DNA of 64,000 nucleotides from the NCBI GenBank assembly GCA_051546255.1, contig CP128819.1:434001-498000 (forward strand). The letters run 5' to 3'. Shown here one piece after another: positions 63,487 through 64,000 of this stretch. Position numbers and translations under genes: made by a program. The notes under the pieces are model-generated. The model saw only the letters and a program-made list of their open reading frames with translations. It searched no databases and was not told where the DNA came from. This stretch comes from Meyerozyma guilliermondii (lineage: Eukaryota). Position 1 is the stretch's first letter, and every line of letters starts with the position of its first letter.

Positions 63487-63577
63487 TTCATCGCTCTCGA
63501 GATGCGACTTATGTGCACTACCATCGCACCATGAGAACCACGAAAGTGAGACTATCGTCCCATTCAGTTACATCAAA

Positions 63578-64000
63578 ATGTCTAAAATAGCACGGATTGG
63601 AGCACGTCCATCGAAGTTTCTTCTTCGTAGTACCGTGCAGATACGAAACCAGTCCCAGGCAGCGACGGTCGAGGCCCCTCCAGACACAATCCGGATTGTA
63701 CCGTCGCTCTCAGACCTCACTAAACCCGACCGTTTCGAATCCGATCTTCTGACCTCTTTGGTACGACATCTCCAGTCGAGATACCTCATTGAAGGAAGTA
63801 CGCACGAAGAGCTTTTCCATCTCAGTGAACCAGGCAAATCTGGCCAACTCAAGCTCTATTGTGGAGCAGACCCATCTGCCAAATCACTTCATATTGGAAA
63901 TCTATTACCATTTATGGTAATGCTCCACTTTAGATTACGTGGATATGATGTAGTAGGGCTCATTGGAGGAGCCACTGGTGCAGTCGGTGACCCCAGTGGC
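63578..64000 (+). CDS. MSY1: Mitochondrial tyrosyl-tRNA synthetase, N-terminal part (runs off window end)
   Basis: Not in ORF track. From ATG 63578: presequence MSKIARIGARPSKFLLRST..., LYCGADPSAKSLHIGNL (HIGH-like), GGATGAVGDPSG. Confidence 0.93.
   Translation, partial: MSKIARIGARPSKFLLRSTVQIRNQSQAATVEAPPDTIRIVPSLSDLTKPDRFESDLLTSLVRHLQSRYLIEGSTHEELFHLSEPGKSGQLKLYCGADPSAKSLHIGNLLPFMVMLHFRLRGYDVVGLIGGATGAVGDPSG

Overview
Gene-dense eukaryotic chromosome segment from a budding yeast of the CTG (CUG=Ser) clade; CTG codons fall at conserved Ser positions in ALG6 and HOS2, so the supplied standard-code translations misread these residues as Leu. Moderate GC and very compact spacing would fit the Clavispora/Candida auris-haemulonii/Metschnikowia group, but this is inference only. 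About 40 protein genes are present, mostly conserved housekeeping loci: CTR9 (partial), SPC105, PEX11, NOP8, a CFEM protein, ALG3, FLO8, GLE2, a CLC transporter, AAR2, an HMG-box protein, an ALY-type arrestin, HPD1, AIM22, POP4, VPS51, PUF4, a LYS14-family Zn2Cys6 factor, ERG4, SCL1 (one intron), HOS2, an ELM1-like kinase, MIH1, FOX2, SCT1, CDC9, ARP9, CSE4, AIM11, a CUE-AlkB-GRF protein, ALG6, PNG1, ERI1/PIG-Y, DHR2 and MSY1 (partial), plus tRNA-Ser(AGA). Best leads: (i) a tiny, easily missed SMN-like YG-box gene whose N-terminal motif appears split by a 1-nt frameshift; (ii) a broken GCR1_C/Crypton-like relic with a palindrome and repeat tract beside the tRNA; (iii) PNG1 starting only 30 nt behind the tRNA; (iv) a CUE+PIP+AlkB+GRF one-protein repair module; (v) a CLC paralog lacking the proton glutamate. 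All gene names come from motif recognition, not database searches.
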